Source: a virus (taxonomy: Duplodnaviria; Caudoviricetes). From it: DNA of 27,272 nt. The notes beneath the pieces were generated by a model, which saw only the letters and a list, made by a program, of their open reading frames with translations, was not told where the DNA came from and did not search any database. Numbering within the stretch: position 1 is the first letter of the stretch; each line of letters starts with the position of its first letter. Shown here one piece after another: positions 24,868 to 27,272 of this stretch. A program made the translations under genes and the position numbers. Location of the stretch: positions 1 through 27,272 of IMG/VR virus record IMGVR_UViG_3300025048_000010. One strand, given 5' to 3'.

Positions 24868-26117
24868 TAGTATCCTGTTACTACATCTAAAATTTCTAAG
24901 TCATCAATCTCAAAGTCATATGAGTAGGCTACTTTAGCCAATTGATCTGTGTATGCAAAAGCGTCTATCAAGTCATCATGTGTTAAGACATCAGGGAACT
25001 GGAATAACTGATCCATAAACCTAGTGTTCCACTCACCTTTACCTAGAGTAATCTGACCGTTCTCAAACCTACCCTGTAAAGCCCACATGATCCTGTCTGT
25101 TTTCTTTCTGTTACCATGTGTAAGCTCCTCTACAACAAAGAACCTACCATTTTGTTTCATCATGTCCATCAATGGGGACATTACAGCCTGCTTAGAGATA
25201 CCACGCTCAATACCTACACTAATAGGTCTGTAGTCCCTGACTGCTTGGAATATCTTTCTAGCTGTCTCCGCTAAGTCCCACCTACCGTATATAATGTTCT
25301 CTAGGAACCAGCCGTCCTCGTTGACCTTGACTACCGCTATGGCTGACTCATCCAGCTTAGAGTTCTTAGATCTTTTCTTACTTACGTCCTCAAAGCCAGC
25401 TAAGTCAATACTGATGTAGTAGTCACCTACGTCTGGCTTGTCACCAAACTTGACCCACTCCTCCTTAAACATCTCTGAGCCTCTAGCCTCAAAGGATGCC
25501 ATAAACTCCTGTCGGAATGCATAGGAAGACATGGACTTTTTAGCTAGGTCTATCTCCTCTGAGTCCAGTAGTTCGTTGTCGTAGCTTGTAAAGTGCCAAG
25601 CCTCATAGGACACATCGTCCTCTAGCTCTGCGTACTTGTACAGGTCATAAAAGTGGTTACGTCCCATAGGTGTACCTATGAACAACGCACCACCCTTTTG
25701 GTCAGCTAAGGCAGGTCTAAGGATCTGCTCAAAGACCTCTGGTTTCATATCTGCGTACTCATCCATCACTAGGAACTTTAGTGACACACCACGCATAGTC
25801 TCCGGTCTGTCTGCACCCTTGAGGGATATAGTGGCACCGTTGACCAGTTTTATTTGTAAATTGTTAATGTGAGCACTTACTACCACTGGATTAGCCAAGT
25901 CTAGTAGTGTTTGCCACATGATGTCTCTAGCCTGCCCCTGTGTAGGAGCTACATAGAACACCTGTCCCTTGTCCGCCTGTAGTGCGTTTACAATAAGCAT
26001 CCATGCAGCTAGTCTGGATTTACCTGTACGTCTACCCGCAGCTACAATCTTAAACCTAGTGTCATCTGCCCAGACTTGCTTTTGCCAATCTAGGAGTTGT
26101 ATGTTTAGATCAGTCAT
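24867..26117 (-). CDS. terL: Terminase large subunit
   Basis: Walker A AGRRTGKS, YVAPT, Walker B LVMDE, coupling motif GTP, nuclease IDLAG and HDDLIDA. Confidence 0.96.
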   Translation of the reverse strand: MTDLNIQLLDWQKQVWADDTRFKIVAAGRRTGKSRLAAWMLIVNALQADKGQVFYVAPTQGQARDIMWQTLLDLANPVVVSAHINNLQIKLVNGATISLKGADRPETMRGVSLKFLVMDEYADMKPEVFEQILRPALADQKGGALFIGTPMGRNHFYDLYKYAELEDDVSYEAWHFTSYDNELLDSEEIDLAKKSMSSYAFRQEFMASFEARGSEMFKEEWVKFGDKPDVGDYYISIDLAGFEDVSKKRSKNSKLDESAIAVVKVNEDGWFLENIIYGRWDLAETARKIFQAVRDYRPISVGIERGISKQAVMSPLMDMMKQNGRFFVVEELTHGNRKKTDRIMWALQGRFENGQITLGKGEWNTRFMDQLFQFPDVLTHDDLIDAFAYTDQLAKVAYSYDFEIDDLEILDVVTGY

Positions 26118-26250
26118 AAAAGTACTTGACTACTAACTCATCCAAGTCTTTTTCTTCCTCACACTCATACTCAGCATCTAACTCAGGATTACCGTCCCAA
26201 TTTAGATCCTCTTGTTTAGCTAGAGTCTCTCTGTATTCTCTACTATCCAT
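26110..26250 (-). CDS. Tiny acidic protein (46 aa); absent from ORF track
   Basis: MDSREYRETLAKQEDLNWDGNPELDAEYECEEEKDLDELVVKYFYD*; 8-nt overlaps with both the peptidase stop and the terL start. Confidence 0.7.
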   Translation of the reverse strand: MDSREYRETLAKQEDLNWDGNPELDAEYECEEEKDLDELVVKYFYD

Positions 26251-26593
26251 AAGTCCACATCACAGGTATATCTGTAGATCTAACATCCACATGCACAAAG
26301 CCACCGGCTACACCAATCCCTGTAAACCCTAGCTCTATGGCCTTCTTAACTATAGTGTGCCGTTGAATACCGGATGACACAGCTATGTCCGCTGCAATGC
26401 CTTGGGCATGAGTGCCAGCCTTAGGCTTCTTTAGTTCTATAGGGTGCTGTGGTGATCTATAGCCGCTGGTGATTACAAAAGGGAAACCACAGGCCTCCCT
26501 TAGTTCATCTAAGGCCAAGATTAGTTCATCTTCTATTTCATTCTCACCTGTGGCTTGACACACAAACTCTTCCCTAGTGAAGTACTTAAACAT
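26243..26593 (-). CDS. Peptidase M15 family Zn peptidase (putative endolysin)
   Basis: YFTREEFVC, ITSGYRS, H-x6-D (HAQGIAAD) and FVHVD zinc ligands. Confidence 0.88.
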   Translation of the reverse strand: MFKYFTREEFVCQATGENEIEDELILALDELREACGFPFVITSGYRSPQHPIELKKPKAGTHAQGIAADIAVSSGIQRHTIVKKAIELGFTGIGVAGGFVHVDVRSTDIPVMWTYG

Positions 26594-26981
26594 CTGTATA
26601 TTCTCCGTCTATAGGTTCACTAGGTTCCACCTCTGTTTCAACAGTGCCGCCTAAACCTGAGATTGTTATGTTTACTGATGATCTACCACTGGCTGCATCT
26701 TTCTCAAAGTAACTCAAGGGTAGCATACGATCCATCACTAGTTTCCATGCAGCCGCTTGATTCTTATGGTCATCATTAAGTGCCGCGTCAAAAATACTGT
26801 CAAGTACCTTACGAGACTTAGGGGACGCAAGCATACGAGCCTTATACTCATTAATGATACCAGCGTCACCTTTAGGTCTACCTAGAGCTTTCCTAGAGCC
26901 TCTAGATTTAGAAGCTACCTCAGACTTCTTAGGTCTACCTCTTTTCCTTTTAGCAAGAGTAGGTTTATTATCAACATCCAT
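26586..26981 (-). CDS. terS: Putative terminase small subunit with AT-hook-like N-terminus
   Basis: First gene of the packaging operon; KRKRGRPKK and GRPKG, helical core AAWKLVMDR, beta-strand SVNITISG and acidic tail, an architecture typical of TerS. Confidence 0.68.
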   Translation of the reverse strand: MDVDNKPTLAKRKRGRPKKSEVASKSRGSRKALGRPKGDAGIINEYKARMLASPKSRKVLDSIFDAALNDDHKNQAAAWKLVMDRMLPLSYFEKDAASGRSSVNITISGLGGTVETEVEPSEPIDGEYTDV

Positions 26982-27020
26982 GTGTATTTTACCTTACTGT
27001 CTCTCTAAGAATACTCTATC

Positions 27021-27049
27021 AGTATAGCATATTTTTGTGTCCTTGTCAA
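27021..27049 (-). promoter_or_regulatory. Near-consensus sigma70 promoter with extended -10 driving the packaging operon
   Basis: TTGACA (27049-27044), 17-nt spacer ending TGC, TATACT (27026-27021); AT-rich upstream. Confidence 0.9.
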
Positions 27050-27092
27050 GTCCTTTTTACTATTATTTAGTAGTGTACAATAATACTATAGT

Positions 27093-27105
27093 AATCAATA
27101 ACTTG
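27093..27105 (+). promoter_or_regulatory. IHF consensus site
   Basis: AATCAATAACTTG matches WATCAANNNNTTR exactly, with an AT-rich 5' flank, in non-coding DNA about 45 nt upstream of the terS promoter -35. Confidence 0.5.
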
Positions 27106-27272
27106 GCTATGTTAGTAAGTACTTACATTATAGGAGTTTTCTCTAGTTTTCTAATTTTAGCTCTGGTGTACAAGAGTGCCTACTATAGATTACGACAGAT
27201 ACGCCAGCCCCTCCCCGGCCCTCTAGCATAACCCACGCCTCATGTCAACAAAAGAATACAAAAGAATTCACC

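Noticed and set aside
27037-27231. 64-aa + strand hydrophobic ORF
   Set aside because: GTG start without an SD, overlapping the terS promoter and AT-rich palindromic elements; more likely non-coding.
1-27272. tRNA genes, integrase or stop-codon reassignment
   Set aside because: No cloverleaf or recombinase motif seen and intergenic gaps are mostly too short; TAA, TAG and TGA all end genes at coupled junctions under the standard code.

Overview
A 27.3-kb piece of a lytic-looking tailed dsDNA phage with a podovirus-type (T7/P22-like) virion module, most similar in gene content to marine podoviruses; the host cannot be read from the sequence. The left 4.4 kb (+ strand) is a nucleotide-metabolism block: a 5'-truncated class Ia nrdA, small ORFs, a phage Dam-family adenine methyltransferase, a MazG-like pyrophosphatase and nrdB, ending at a GC hairpin terminator. 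The rest (- strand) is the complete morphogenesis arm: terS, M15 peptidase, terL, portal flanked by tiny basic proteins, Zn-ribbon protein, scaffold, major capsid, holin, a 1042-aa low-complexity protein, tail adaptor, nozzle, repeat-rich tail fibre with an S74 chaperone, small membrane proteins and three ejection-type proteins. Five short translationally coupled ORFs missed by the ORF track were recovered. The most notable unexplained signal is regulatory. Two near-perfect sigma70 promoters drive the late arm, and both feed into the same bulged RNA hairpin, with one covarying pair, that buries the ribosome-binding site. The scaffold and capsid RBSs are also hairpin-occluded, which suggests post-transcriptional control of late genes. 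Other points are a diverged duplicated junction around the methyltransferase, an exact 216-nt super-repeat in the fibre, and apparent TCGA avoidance. Function calls come from motif recognition and synteny, not database searches.
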